Assembly: GCF_036321535.1 (NCBI RefSeq)
Contig: NC_087436.1
Location: 107,882,001-107,946,000, forward strand
Length of the DNA: 64,000 nt
Source: Camelus dromedarius
Lineage: Eukaryota
Direction of reading: 5' to 3'
A model generated the notes under the pieces. It made no database searches, was not told the origin of the DNA, and saw nothing but the letters and a program-made list of their open reading frames with translations. This document shows, one piece after another, positions 49,659 to 62,192 of this stretch (position 1 is its first letter; each line of letters opens with the position of its first letter). Made by a program: the position numbers and the translations under genes.

Positions 49659-50832
49659 CTGTTCTGTGAAGATGAGTGCTATATGTAGCTTTAAACTTTT
49701 TGTTTGTTTGTTTTTTGCCTTAAACAATAAAGTGTTTATGAACATACATCAGTAAGCGGTGAGATAGGTAGTTTCCTTACTGATGACGTGGAATAGACAT
49801 AAATCTATCAGGGCAATCCTAAGACAACACAGTAACCACTTCTGCAGGCTGCCAGGAGAACCCAGATCTCTATTAGCCACAGCTGGATCTTGTCTCTGTC
49901 TTAAACAACTGGTAGGATTAAATGAGGACTCCCCCCACCCCAATAGGCTTGCATTACTCATAATTCCCTTACGGTATTCGAGAGTAGAGGTCTGCATTCT
50001 CTGAGCGTGACTGGGTAACCAACAGGTATTGTGGAGACACGCCACAGGGCAGTGTTGAGACAATCTCTGTTGTAGGCACTTGGCCTGCACCTCGTGGGGC
50101 ATTTCTGATGGTTCATTACCGATCCCATGCCCTAATGCCAATGAGGTGAGGCTGATGAAGCCACACAGAAATGTAGATTCTGCTTGTTGTGATAAATTTT
50201 TAATTTTCTGGGAAGTTCTTTCAAGAGTTTACGAACACCATCCCTAATGTTGAAATCATTCCTTTGTGATAGCTGCACCTTGGAAACACATACGGAAGTT
50301 GTGCAAAATGCTACTGACGTGGTAAACTTGGCAGAAGGCTTTTTGAAAGAAAGGAGAGCCTGAAGGGAGCTGCAGTCAGGAGCGAGCCTGTGCCAGCCCC
50401 ACGTAGAGCCAAAGACCGGCGTCAGCTCAAAGCAGAGCTCAGAGGTATCCCTGTTTCTGAATTGCTGCTTTGTGGGCAGCACGATGTAACCTTGCTTTAA
50501 GAGACGCAGCATAGCACCTGTGGGAGAAGACAGGATGACCCGGAGAAGGACGTCAGGCAGAGTGGGATGTTAGCATCATTCTAAACCCAAAGTCCAAATG
50601 AATATTTGTATGAAAGGAATCCTGCTTAATCATTTCATTTCTGGCAGCTTTGGGGCCACTATGGAAAAATCTAGTTTCTCCTTGGACAGTTTCTTCATTG
50701 TGACAATGCTTATGTATAATATTGAAGAGATAAATATCTCTTAAATGAATAGCTGATATTTATTGAACATAACAGTGCTCTAGGTACCATGTTAAAATCT
50801 TTGCAAGTAACTTAACTGTGCTTACTTTAACC

Positions 50833-51066
50833 CTGTGGTTCTCAATGTGAAGGTGAAGGGCAGGCAGCGAATTTGTTCAATGAGGACATTCAGCAGTCTC
50901 TGGGGACATATTTTGATGGTTACATATTTTGATTGTGGGGCTGCTCATGGCATCTACTGGGTGGGGCCAGTCATGCTGCTAAACAGCCTACAACGCACAG
51001 GAAAGACTCCCACTACAAAGAATGATCCGGACTAAATGTGTATATTGCCAAGACAGAGAAACCCCA
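50833..51066 (+). mobile_element. MER20 hAT-Charlie DNA transposon nested in a MIR
   Basis: CTGTGGTTCTCAA...GGCATCTACTGGGTGGGGCCAG...ATGCTGCTAAACAGCCTACAACGCACAGGA...GAGAAACCCCA. Degenerate 8-bp TSD CTTTAACC / CTCTCACC. MIR halves lie on either side. Confidence 0.85.
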
Positions 51067-51197
51067 CTCTCACCTAAGAAAGTAAACTGTGTTTCCATCT
51101 TCTTGATGAGAACAGAGGCTTGGAAAGTTGATGTCATCTGCTCTAGGTCACCCAGTCTGATTCTGCTGTCTTGACTCAGCTTTTAAGGTAGATTGCT

Positions 51198-51534
51198 TAT
51201 CTTTCTCAATGTTTGTGTTCCCCCCAAATTCACATGTTGGAATCCTAGTGCCCAATGTGATGGTGTTAGAAAGTAGGGCCTTTGGAGGTGATTAGGTCAT
51301 GAGGGTGGAGACCTCAGGAATGAGATTAGTGCCCTTATAAAAACTCCCTGGCCCCTTCCACCATGTGAGACACAGTGAAAAGGTGCCAGCTGTCAACCAG
51401 AAACAGGGCCTTTGCCTGACCATGTTGGCACCCTGATCTTAGACTTCTCATCCTCCAGAAGAAATACATTTTTGTTGTTTATAAACTACCTGATCTGTGA
51501 TATTGTATTACATCAACATGAATGCACTAAGAAA
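51198..51534 (+). mobile_element. MLT1A0-like MaLR solo LTR
   Basis: AATGTTTGTGTTCCCCCCAAATTCACATGTTGGAATCCTA...GATTAGGTCATGAGGGTGGAG...ACTAAGAAA; 5-bp flanking repeat TTGCT (51193-51197 / 51535-51539). Confidence 0.85.
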
Positions 51535-54295
51535 TTGCTAGACTTTGAAAAAGGTATTTGGTGAGACACAGGTTCAATGAGCCAGGTTTTGAAAACATGT
51601 TCTAACTGACTTCTAAGGAAAGCAAAATTAATATTTGTGGAGCATCCAATTAATATGGTGTTAGATCCTGTTATATCATTGTAAATGGTTCCTTTGGAGT
51701 ATCATTGTGTCCATCATCTGAAGTAGAAAACTGAGGCCCAGAAATGGTTTAATAACTTATTCAAGGGCATAGTTATGGTAGTGGAAGGGCATGATTTGAA
51801 TCCAGGTATGTCTTGCTCCAGAATCCAGTTGCTTATCACGGCACAAGAATGGTAAGAGCTGAAACGAGGGAAGAGATTGCAGTTTTTTTCCTTTTCCTAC
51901 TCAGTGGAAAGTCCTTATGACAGGAGGATTTTAGGCAGTATACAAGATGTCTGCAATTGAGGACCACTCACGGCCTTCTCCATTTCCAGCCTCACACATT
52001 GTAATTCCTTAAGGTGCCAGATAGCAGTGACAGCAAAGTCCAGAGTTCTCTATTTTGTTAACCACTAAGTAAGTCCCATTTATTTTAACAAACAGCAGAA
52101 TATATTTTGAAGAGATGCAACTATGAAATTGTTTAATTGTTAAAATGAAAAGAAAAAAGTATCTGAAGTGTGTTTTGAAAAAATGAGAAGTCTGAAGTTT
52201 AGGATAATGAATAAATGTCTATGCTTCAGTAGTGATATGGAATTTATATGACTTGAAAGGGAAACATTTATATAACTTCCTAATGGGTCTGTCATTTATG
52301 ATTTAATAGCTTTCTCCTATTTAAAAATACATATTTCATTATGGCCTATTATCTTTCCCTTTGTTGATTTGGTACAATTTCTATAATTTACTCTGTATTT
52401 AAAAAAGAGTAATAAATGGGTTTAATAATGTCCTTAAGCCTCTTAGCACTTATTTTTTTTTCCCCTTTTCATGGAACTATTAAAAAAAAAATCAGTGCCA
52501 GCAGTCTTCCTAAACTGATTTTAAATGGCCATTTCTGTTTGAGCTTTGAAAGGCCAATTAATTTGAAGTGGCAACATTCAGTCCTTTCTGTACTAATCTA
52601 ATTGGTAGCAGAATTAGTGTAGCAATGAAATCATTTTTTTCCCAGCTGATCAATAGTATTATATCATTGTAATTCCTTTTTGTTTGAAATGGACTTGAAT
52701 TTCAGTTATTTATTATTTCATTATTCCTAGGTCTATTCTATCTAAAGGGAAGAAAAAAGTGTCCCTCCTATGACCTGCATTACTTGTGTCAAAAGAAAAA
52801 AAAATCTCTTGAGAAGTAGGTGACTTCGGGAGTAATGAAATGAGTCATCATTTCACCTACAGTTCTATCAGATTTAAACAAATTGTACATGTTATAGACA
52901 TAATTAGAGACACTGAATTCAATTTTACTTCTTTCCTCCCTAAAGGGTATTACTTGTTAGCACTGGTAGCTATGTTATAAAGCAGGACCTGAATGAGAGA
53001 TTAGCTCTCTGATTTCCTTGGTAGCCACGCTCCACCATCTTGCTTAACCATTAGATGTAATGGACAGGGGACCAGTTGGTACCCCTCTTCCCAATTCCTG
53101 GTATATGTGGGCTGTGCAGAGGATGCATTACAGCAGTGAATTTGTGAGTTCCATGTGAGCTCATCTTTCTGTGTCCCTCCTCTCCAACGGAGGATCTGGT
53201 AGTTTCCCATATGTGATTGAATTCACAGCAGTCCTATTTATATTAAGTCCCTTCCAATCTAAGCTCACCCAGATCCTTCCACCTTAACTGTATTATTCGG
53301 TCCACTGATCATAGCTCTCTACTTGATAACTTGGTCCCTGCCCACTTTTCCAATTTTGTCCTCTAACATTGTGCTCCTTGTTCACTTCGTTTCAGCCAAC
53401 TGGTCTCCCGGGGCTTCACGTTCTTCCAGTCCTGCTTAATGGCCTCCTATTTGCCGTTTCTTTGACCAGCAGTCTCTTCCTTTTACCTCATGAGGTCTGG
53501 CTCCCTGTTTTCTGGAATTCAGATGGAACCTCACCTTCCCAAAGAGGCTTTCTGTGCCCATCCCACCTTAAATAGGGGATCCTTTTCCTTCTTTCTCAGG
53601 CTACTCTGTTCTCTTATATTATAGCAAATTTGAAGATATGTAATTTTATTTTGTTTCCTTGTTTTATTAAACTTTATTTAACTATAAGGACCATGAGGGC
53701 AAAGCTTTGTCTTCTTAATTTAGTTCCACATATCCATATATTACTCTGTTATTAGCTAAGTGCACTGACAAACATTGTGATTTTGTGAATGAGTAAGTGG
53801 CTGGTGGCAACCTGCGTATGACTAGGGAGGTACCCTGTGTTCCTAAAGCTGCAGCCACAGGTCTTAAATGACACCACCTGAGCTTTCATTGTGTCTGCTC
53901 ATTCCTTCCTTCTTTGCTTAAATTTCCCAGATAATTCACATTGGCCAGGCTCCTGTAAAAGCACATGTTCTCCAAGCATTTCAAGGTATAGGTTCAAGTA
54001 ATAAATTTGGTGACTTAGCAATGACTCAGACACAAATTATAATGTTCCCCAAAGCCTTTTGTAGTTATGGGTCTATTGAGTTTGTAAAGTAACAGTGGTT
54101 AGCTGTATCTGAGACTTCCATGAGACTTTTGGGTAAGTCTTTGGGCAGATCAGTGGGCTCAGGGAAAGGGTGAGGGAAAAGAGAATAGGGGGGCATATTT
54201 TGAACATAGAAACTTCCCACGATTTGTCAACCCACATTCTTCAGTTTGTTTTTTTTTAATATCCTCTCTCTTTGAGCTCTTTAATATCCTCTCTC

Positions 54296-54633
54296 TTTTT
54301 TTAAATTGAAGTATAGTCAGTTTACAATGTTGTGTCAATTTCTGGTGTACAGCATAATAGTTCAGTCATACATATGCATACATATATTTGTTTTCATATT
54401 CTTTTTCATTATAGGTCACTACAAGATATTGAATATAGTATCCTGTACTATATAGAATAAACGTATTTATATATTTTATATATGTTACTTAGTATATGTA
54501 AATCTCGAGCTTCCAATTTATCTCTTCCCACCCCCTTCCCGCCCGGTAACTGTAAGGTTATTTTCTGTCTGTGAGTCTGTTTCTGTTTTGTAAAAAAGTT
54601 CATTTGTCTTTTTTTTTTTTTTTTTTTTAGATC
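54296..54633 (-). mobile_element. Short L1 3'-UTR retrocopy (about 340 bp)
   Basis: Closely similar to 46760-47095 (AATTGAAGTATAGTCAGTTTACAATGTTGTGTCAATTTCTGGTGTACAGCATAAT...GTCTGTTTCTGTTTTGTA). Confidence 0.88.
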
Positions 54634-55026
54634 TGGGTTTTTCAATGAACTCTTTTTGAAAACAGAGTTTTTTTGAGACAGTACTGGATCAGATTTGCAA
54701 ATTAAAGCATGAGTATCACTAGGTTTCATTTTACCAGTTTTAACTTCTAGCAATAAACACATTTATCATTGTTCTTATAATAAAAGCAATTTGTTCATTT
54801 TTACATATTTGGGCACTGTAAGTATACAGAAGAGAATAAACAATCACCCATCGTATCAGCCCTCACTTTACCACTGAGAGCATGGACCCTTTCTTGTTCA
54901 GCATCCTGTCTCTAGTACCTAAATGGTGTGGGCATGTGACAAGGGTACCATAAACACTGTTGAGTAAATAACCTGTATATTGCCCATGTCAGAAAGTTTA
55001 TATATTCCTCTTTCTTTATGTATTTA

Positions 55027-55172
55027 TTTATTTTTTAAAATCAATTTTTTTTGGTGGGGGGAGGTAGTTAGGTTTTTATTTAATTTATTTATTTTAATGG
55101 AGGTCCTGGGGATTGAACCCAGTACCTCGTGCATGCTAGGCACGTGCTCTACCACTGAGCTATATACCCTCC
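55027..55172 (-). mobile_element. tRNA-derived SINE (camelid vic-1-like) with a perfect 14-bp TSD
   Basis: The reverse complement reads GGAGGGTATATAGCTCAGTGGTAGAGCACGTGCCTAGCATGCACGAGGTACTGGGTTCAATCCCCAGGACCTCCA plus an AT-rich tail. TSD TCTTTATGTATTTA at 55013-55026 and 55173-55186. Confidence 0.92.
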
Positions 55173-56511
55173 TCTTTATGTATTTAAATGTACATAATTC
55201 AGAGCAGTGGCATGCCTCAGTTGTAGGCATAAGTAGGCAGTGCATTGTCCGTAGAGTTTAATGACAATGATAAAACCAACTAAAAGTGGATTTGCTTTTT
55301 ATTATCACCGTGCTCATGCAGTACTAGAAAGCGGCAGTGATGAATAGTTCTCTCCCAGCTAGACCCACTCCCACAGCCCTGCCAGGTGTCCTAACGGTAA
55401 AGAGCACACTGTATGTTAAATTTATCCCAAGCAATTTAAGTAACATTTTTATCGTATGCAGTTTCCAACTGGAAACTTTTACAACTTCCGGTGAAAGCAC
55501 TTGGTCATATATCTCAATAATGTTGAAAGTATTCCTAATCTTTGAATCTCTCTTGTGGGATTCTACCTTAAAAGCAGCGTAAAGTGTAGATGAAAATTTA
55601 AGGGAAATGATCCTCATCCTAGTATTATTTATAGCAAAAGTGTAGACATCATCTAAATGTTGACCACTGGAGAAATAAGCTACTTAATCGTGGAACACTC
55701 ATAAGATGGACTGTGATGCAGGCATTAAAATGACATTTATGCAGGCTTTTAAAATGGTGCTCAGAACATACAGTATTTTTAAGTGGATCTGAACATGAAA
55801 CACATACTAACTGATCAGAAGTGTTTTCGGTAGAGAACATATAAAACAGAAACACAACAGAGAAAAAATGTATGGTTTTACTGAGAAGGGCAATATTGGA
55901 ATACGAGAAGGTACGGATTCTGGCTAGTAGCAGTAACCGTGTTTTCAGTATTTCTGGGACTAAACTTTACATCAGAAATCTAAGCTTAGGATGCAGTTAT
56001 TATACGTGTAGAATACAGGAAGTCCAGTTAGACAAAAGTGTGGAGTTGACTTATAAACAATAAAATGCACTGAGTGAGCCAAATGTGCAGGATTCCTATG
56101 TGCTCAGTCCCTTGATGGCCTGTGTGACTCTCCTCACAAAGGCTATGGCAATTCCAGCCCCAGGGGCCGAATTCACTCCAGCTCCGTGGATTGGTCTTGC
56201 TTTGTCCTTTACTGAAGTTGGGAGAGAAGGCCTCTTACTTGGCTAAAGTGAGGGCAGAGGCGAGGGCTCCTCATTCAGGAGCGAATCCGCCCACCACGCT
56301 GGCTCTGCCCTATCCATGGGTTTACACCGGCCTTAGCCAGGACACTCTGCTTTTCTACTATTAATACTGTTGCCCCCTTTTTTTCCTTTACAATTGAGGT
56401 GCCTCAGATTTTTCTGTTTATTTTTCATTCTGACTTATCTTGATGATTCATCTGCAAATTCCCTTAGTGCTAAAATTCTGAACCCAAATTTTCAGAAACG
56501 ATAGAAATGAC

Positions 56512-59006
56512 TGATTTTTAAATTTTTGATTGAAGTTGTTGATGGACAGGGTTATGTTAGTTTCACACGTACTACATAATCATTTGATATTTGCCCACAT
56601 TACGAAATGATCACCCTGATAAGTCTAGTAGCCATCTGTTCCCACACAAAGTTACTATAATATTATTAACCATATTTCTTATGCTACATATTACATCTCT
56701 GAGACTTATTATTTAACAGAAAGTTTGCATTTCTGAATCCGCTACACCTATTTCACCCTCTACCCCCTTCCTGTCATCCTCCACCCAGCAACCCCCTACA
56801 CCCTCACTCCCCAACTCCCCCCAACCCTTGGCAACCACTTGTTTGTTCTCTGTGAAGCTGGTTTTATTTTGTTTTGTTTCTTTTGTTTTTCAGATTCCAC
56901 ATATACACATATAATTGAGATCATGTGGTATTTGACATTTCACTTTGTGTAATAACCTCTAGATCCACCCATGTTGTCACAGATGGCAAGAGTTCATTAT
57001 TTTTGTGGCTGAGTAACACTCCATTGTGTATGTGTATATATATATATATGCCACATCTTCTTTACCCATTCCTTTATCACTGGGCACTTAGGGTGCTTTT
57101 ATATCTTGGCTATTGTAAATATCGCTGCAGTGATATCTTTTCAAATTAGTGTTTTTGTTTTCTTTGGATAAAAACCCAGAAGTGGACTTGCTGGATCATA
57201 TGGTAGTTCCATTTATAATTTTTTTGAGGGGCCGCCATACTGTTTTCCATGTTAACTGTACCAATTTACGTTCCCACCGACAGAGCAGTACACATCCTTG
57301 CTAACATTTGTTATTTGTTGACTTTCTGATGATAGCCATTCTGAGCGGTGTGTGGTGGTATCTCAGTGTGGTTTTGATTTGCATTTCCCTGGTGGTCTGT
57401 GGTGTTGAGCATCTTTTCACGAGTCTGTTGTCCATCTGTATGTCTTTGGAAAAGTGTCTACTCAGGTTCTCTGCACATTTTTTTAACTGGATTGTTTGTT
57501 TTATTGATGTTGAGTTGTATGAGTTCTTTGTTATTTTGGATATTAACCCTTTATGAATATATTGTTTGCAAATGCCTTCTCCCATTGAGTAGGCTGTCTT
57601 TTTGTTTTGTTGATAGTTTCCTTCTGTGTGCAGAATGTGTTTTGTTTTATGTAATCCCATTTTTTTCCAGCTTTGCTTTTCTTGCCCTTGCCTGAGGAGA
57701 CATATACAAAAATGTTGCTAAGACTGATGTCAAAGAACCTACTGCCTACGTTTTCTTCTAGGACTCTTACGGTTTCAGGTTTTATATTTAAGCCCTTAAT
57801 CCATTTTAGGTTTATTTCTGTATGTGGTGTGAGAAAGTAGTTCAGTAAGATGGTTTTACACGTAGCTGTCCGTCTCCCCAGCACCGTTTACTGAAGAGGC
57901 AGTATTGTATACTTTTACCTCCTTCGTCATTGATTAATTGACCGAAAATGTGTGGGTTAATTTCTGGGCTCTCTATTTTGTTCCGCTGATGCATGTGCCT
58001 GTTTTTGTTCCAGTAAATACCGTTTTGATGACTAGCTTGGTAGTATAGTTTGAAATCAGGGAGCGTTATACCTCCAGCTTTGTTCTTTTTCAAGATTATT
58101 TTGGCTATTCAGATTCCATTGTGTTTCCATACAGATTTTAGAAGTATTTGTTCTAGTTTTGTAAAAAAACACCGTTGGTATTTTGATAGGGAGTGCATTG
58201 ATCTTTTCTGTTGTTGAGTCTCTATTTCATTTATCTCTGTTTTCATCTATTATTTCTTTCTATTAAGTTTATATTTTGTTTTTTCTTCTTCTAATTCACT
58301 TAGGTGTAAGGTTATTTGAGGTTTTGTTTGTTTGCTTTCTGAGGTAGGCTTCTTTTGCTGTAAACTTCCCTCTCAGAAATGCTTTTGCTGCATCCCACTG
58401 ATTTTGGAATGTTGTGTTTCCATTTTCACTTGTTTCCAGTATTTTTTATTTCATCCTTGATTTACTCAGTGACCCAAAAGTTGTTTAGTGGCATGTTGTT
58501 TAGCCTCCACCAGTTTGTGTTTTTTGAAGTATTTTTCTTGTAGTTGATTTCTAGTCTCACAGAGTTGTGGTTGGACATTACGCTTGATATCATTTCAGTC
58601 TTCTTAAATTTACTAAGATTTGTTTTGGCCTAGCACGTGATCTATCCTGGATAATACTGCATGTGCATTTGAAAAGAATATGTAGTCTGCCACTTTTGGA
58701 TGGAATAATTTATATATGTAAATTACATGTAATAATTTATGTATGTATATATATATGTATCTACAGTTATGATTATCCTTCTGTTTGTGGATTGCTTACC
58801 CAAGGCTGTGGGTCTTGACTACACCATGTCTCCACCCGTCCTCACCATCTCATTGTGGTTCCTTCTTTATATGTTTAGTTATATAAAATATTTTATGCTC
58901 GTCATCAGGTAGTCATTGTAAGTTGTTCTCTGTAAATATTTGTAATTTTGTTGTGCCTGTGGGAGGATGTGAGCTCAGAGTCTTCTTACTGCACCATCTT
59001 GGCCAC
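56512..59006 (-). mobile_element. Older L1 (L1MA-like) with 3' UTR, ORF2 remnants and a probable 5' terminus; internally deleted
   Basis: ORFs 57301..57660, 57543..57884 and 57842..58093(-) encode frameshifted ORF2p pieces ([53 protein letters not shown]). 58200-58705 resembles the endonuclease/linker region. The right end reads GTGGCCAAGATGGTGCAG on the - strand, like an L1 5' start. Confidence 0.85.
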
Positions 59007-59819
59007 AATTTACACATTTTTGCATTTCAAATATCAGCTTCATATTTTTCCCACCATTTAAAAAAAACTATTGTTATTAGAAAAACAATCAAAGGATTAA
59101 TGATCAAATTTGGTTTAAATACTTCTGTTTTTAGTTTATGGGACAGAATAACTATGAAATTCATGTTCCTAGTCTCATCAATGTTCTGAGTGTTTTAACT
59201 TGATTATTAGAAGAGCTACATATTTTCCATTATAAGAAATTTTCATAATTCCTTTTTTTGTTTTTTTCTTTTAAAAAAAATTTCTTGCCCTCCAAACTCT
59301 AAAAGACAGAAAATGTGTCTTTTTTATTTTCATATTTCACACTGCAGCATGTTGCCTAGAACTTATTTATAAATGAGTTAAAATAACACTGAATTATGAC
59401 TAGGATAAAGTTTCAGGAACTTCTTTGTGTTATTTGAGTCTATTTACTCTTTGAGGATTTTTAGAGCAAGATAAAACTCTGACACTTGGGCTAGAAGAAA
59501 GTGAAGTTGAAGATCTTATGGCCAATTAAATTGGTATGTAAATTAGAACCTGGTTTTTAAAGGTATGCTATTCTTTTGCTGTCTTATCAAAATCCTGAAA
59601 TACTAGAATGTTGGCAAAAGGAAAGAATTATCTTCTTATTCCCAAATCCCTATTTCTACAGTCAACACCTTTACTGACTTTTCTTGAGGATTGTAAATAT
59701 CCTCTTAAAAATGAAATGTGGTTAAAAGGCATATTGCGCCACTATTTTAAAAGTAAGTCATAGATTTAAAAAATCTTTTATGTAAAGCTTTATATGAAAA
59801 TATCACATAAGAAATGTGG

Positions 59820-60123
59820 CAGAAACAGGCTCAGAGATATAGACTACAAACTTATGGTTACCAGGTGGAAAGGGGATGGGAAGGGATAAATTGGGAGTTT
59901 GAGATTTGTAGATACTAACTACTACATATAAAGTAGATGAACAACCGGTTTATACTGTATAGCACAGGGAACTATTCAATATCTTGTAGCAACTTATGGT
60001 TAAAAAGAATATGAAAACGAATATATGTATGTTCCTATGTGACTGAAGTATTGTACTGTACACCAGAAATTGACACAACATTATAAACTGACTGTACTTC
60101 AATAAAAATATATTTTAAAAAAA
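59820..60123 (+). mobile_element. Short L1 3'-UTR retrocopy
   Basis: CAGAAACAGGCTCAGAGAT...CTTATGGTTACCAGG...TATACTGTATAGCACAGGGAACT...CACCAGAAATTGACACAACATT...TTCAATAAAAA. Confidence 0.88.
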
Positions 60124-60144
60124 GAGATGCTGAAGAGTTAAATG

Positions 60145-60445
60145 GGAAAAAAACAAAGATTCAAATTCTATTTACATGCCAAAAACAGACTCACAGACAT
60201 AGAAAACAAACTATGGTTACCAAAGGGAGGGGAGGGATCAATTAGGCGTTGGGGGTTAATAGATAAACAACAAGGACCTATACGTATAGCACGGGGAACT
60301 ATGTTCAATTTCTTGTAATGACATATAATGGGAAAGAATCTGAGAACAATATATACATATATGTGTATGTATAACTGAATCACTTTGCTGTACATCTGAA
60401 ACCAACATTGTGGGTCAACTATACTTTTAAAATTTTTTTAAAAAA
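60145..60445 (+). mobile_element. Short L1 3'-UTR retrocopy with a long TSD
   Basis: ACAGACTCACAGACATAGAAAACAAACTATGGTTACCAAAGGG...ACTGAATCACTTTGCTGTACA..., flanked by a perfect GAGATGCTGAAGAGTTAAATG (60124-60144 / 60446-60466). Confidence 0.9.
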
Positions 60446-60519
60446 GAGATGCTGAAGAGTTAAATGCAAGAGAGAAAGTCAGGGTTCAATCTATCTACTA
60501 CAGACAGGTTGTAAACAAA

Positions 60520-61045
60520 TATGAGCATGCCATTCCATGATTAAAATAATTAAGTGGTTCTCCATTATTCTATGAACCAAGTTTAAAACATTTTACATGA
60601 TCAAGAGGCCCTGCATTGCTCAGCCCCAGCCGGCTTCATTCACATTAACCTCTGTCATTCTCTTCTTTCTCTCTCTTTGTCTTCCAGCAAGCCAGGTCCT
60701 CTTTCATATCCTAGAATGAGACTTGCTACCTCCTACTCCAGGTTCACTGCAAGCACAAGCTGGTTTTTTTGGACTCCCCCCCTCCCCAAACCCCAGCTAC
60801 ATCTGTATGTTTGCATATACTTATTCTTGTCTGGATCCCTCGAACCAGATCCCCCTGAGATATAACTCATAGCACCTTGCACTGTTCCTTCAAGTATGCA
60901 TCACAGTTGTAAATAAATTGTTGTGTTAATGGAGTAATTGTCTATCCTCTCCACAACAGTGTAAATTCTAGGAGGGTAGTGATGGTATCTGGATCATTTC
61001 TAACTGTGGTTTTAAATGGTAGGCAAATAGTAAATGCTTGTATGT
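60520..61045 (+). mobile_element. L2 LINE fragment
   Basis: GTGGTTCTCCATT...CAAGAGGCCCTGCAT...TGTAAATTCTAGGAGGGTAG...GTAGGCAAATAGTAAATGCTTG. Confidence 0.55.
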
Positions 61046-61468
61046 AAAATGGAGAAAGTTACAGACTTTGTTGGGTAGGAGAATTATAAGGAGGAAATGA
61101 GGCCATCTGTGGAAAGGGCTTAACATAGATTAGAACAGACTTGTTTGAAGACACATAGAGCCCTGGATTATTGGTGGAGTTGGCAAAGCTTCGCCAGTGC
61201 AGACTGGACAGCTTTCCTCCCGATCCCCCTTTTGACCATTTCTCTAAGGATGCCTCAGTGATTCAGAGAAGGCACCGCAGAATGTGTTATTAAGCATAGT
61301 GCACTTTGATAGAAAAACAGGGAATACCAATCAATCCATCAGTTGATCTGAGCTTTATTGAATGTTGTGGGGTGACAACCAGTTGGAGGAGGACAAGGGG
61401 AGGGTCTTTTCCCACTCCCGATCTGAGGGCCGATGTTATGGGCCACTTTCTTTTTTTGTTGCCTTACT

Positions 61469-62192
61469 CTTTTTTTATTGAAATATATTTGACATATAAT
61501 ATTGTTTCAATTTAAGTTGTGCAACATGGTGATTTGACACATTTGTATATTATGATATGATTGCCATTGTAGTGATAATTAGCTCCTCTGTCATGTCACA
61601 TAATTATCATTTCTTTTTCATGGTTAGAATAATTAAGATCTAGTGTCTTGGCAAATTTGATGATTATAATACAATATTATATATTTTAGTATACTGTGCA
61701 TTAGATCTGTAGGACTTATTTACTACTCATTGCAACTTTGTACCTTTAAACCACATCTCTCCTATCCTTCCACTCTCCAGCCCCTGGTAACCACCATTCT
61801 ACTGTCTATCTTTATTTATGAGTTAGGCTTTTTTAGATTTGACATAAAAGTGATATCATGCCTCACTTTTCATAATGTCTTCAAGGTCCATTCATGTTGG
61901 CCCAGATGACAGGATGTTCTTCTCTCTCATGGCTGAATAACAGAATAATAGTCCATTGTGTGTGTGTGTGTGTGTGTACACACACCACATCTTTTTGTTC
62001 ATTCATCCATTAATGGGTACTAAAGCTGTTTCCATATCTTGGCTATTGTGAATAATGCAACATGGAAGTGCTTCTATCTCTTCAACATCCTGTTTTCATT
62101 TCCTTTGGGAATATATTAATAATTGGAGTTGGGGATCATATAGCAGATCTAATTTTAACTTTCCAACAAACTTTCATATTGTTTTTCATAAT
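61469..62192 (-). mobile_element. Older L1 3' end (L1MA-like) containing a (TG)n tract
   Basis: TTTTATTGAAATATATTTGACATA...CCCCTGGTAACCACCATTCTACT...TTTCCATATCTTGGCTATTGTGAATAATGC; (TG)10 near 61958-61977. Confidence 0.85.

Noticed and set aside
50905..50933. Direct repeat ACATATTTTGAT inside MER20
   Set aside because: Ordinary local slippage duplication in a dead transposon.
55095..55172. tRNA-like sequences here and at 1671-1746
   Set aside because: These are SINE heads: they have AT-rich tails and TSDs and lack an intact cloverleaf, so they are not tRNA genes.
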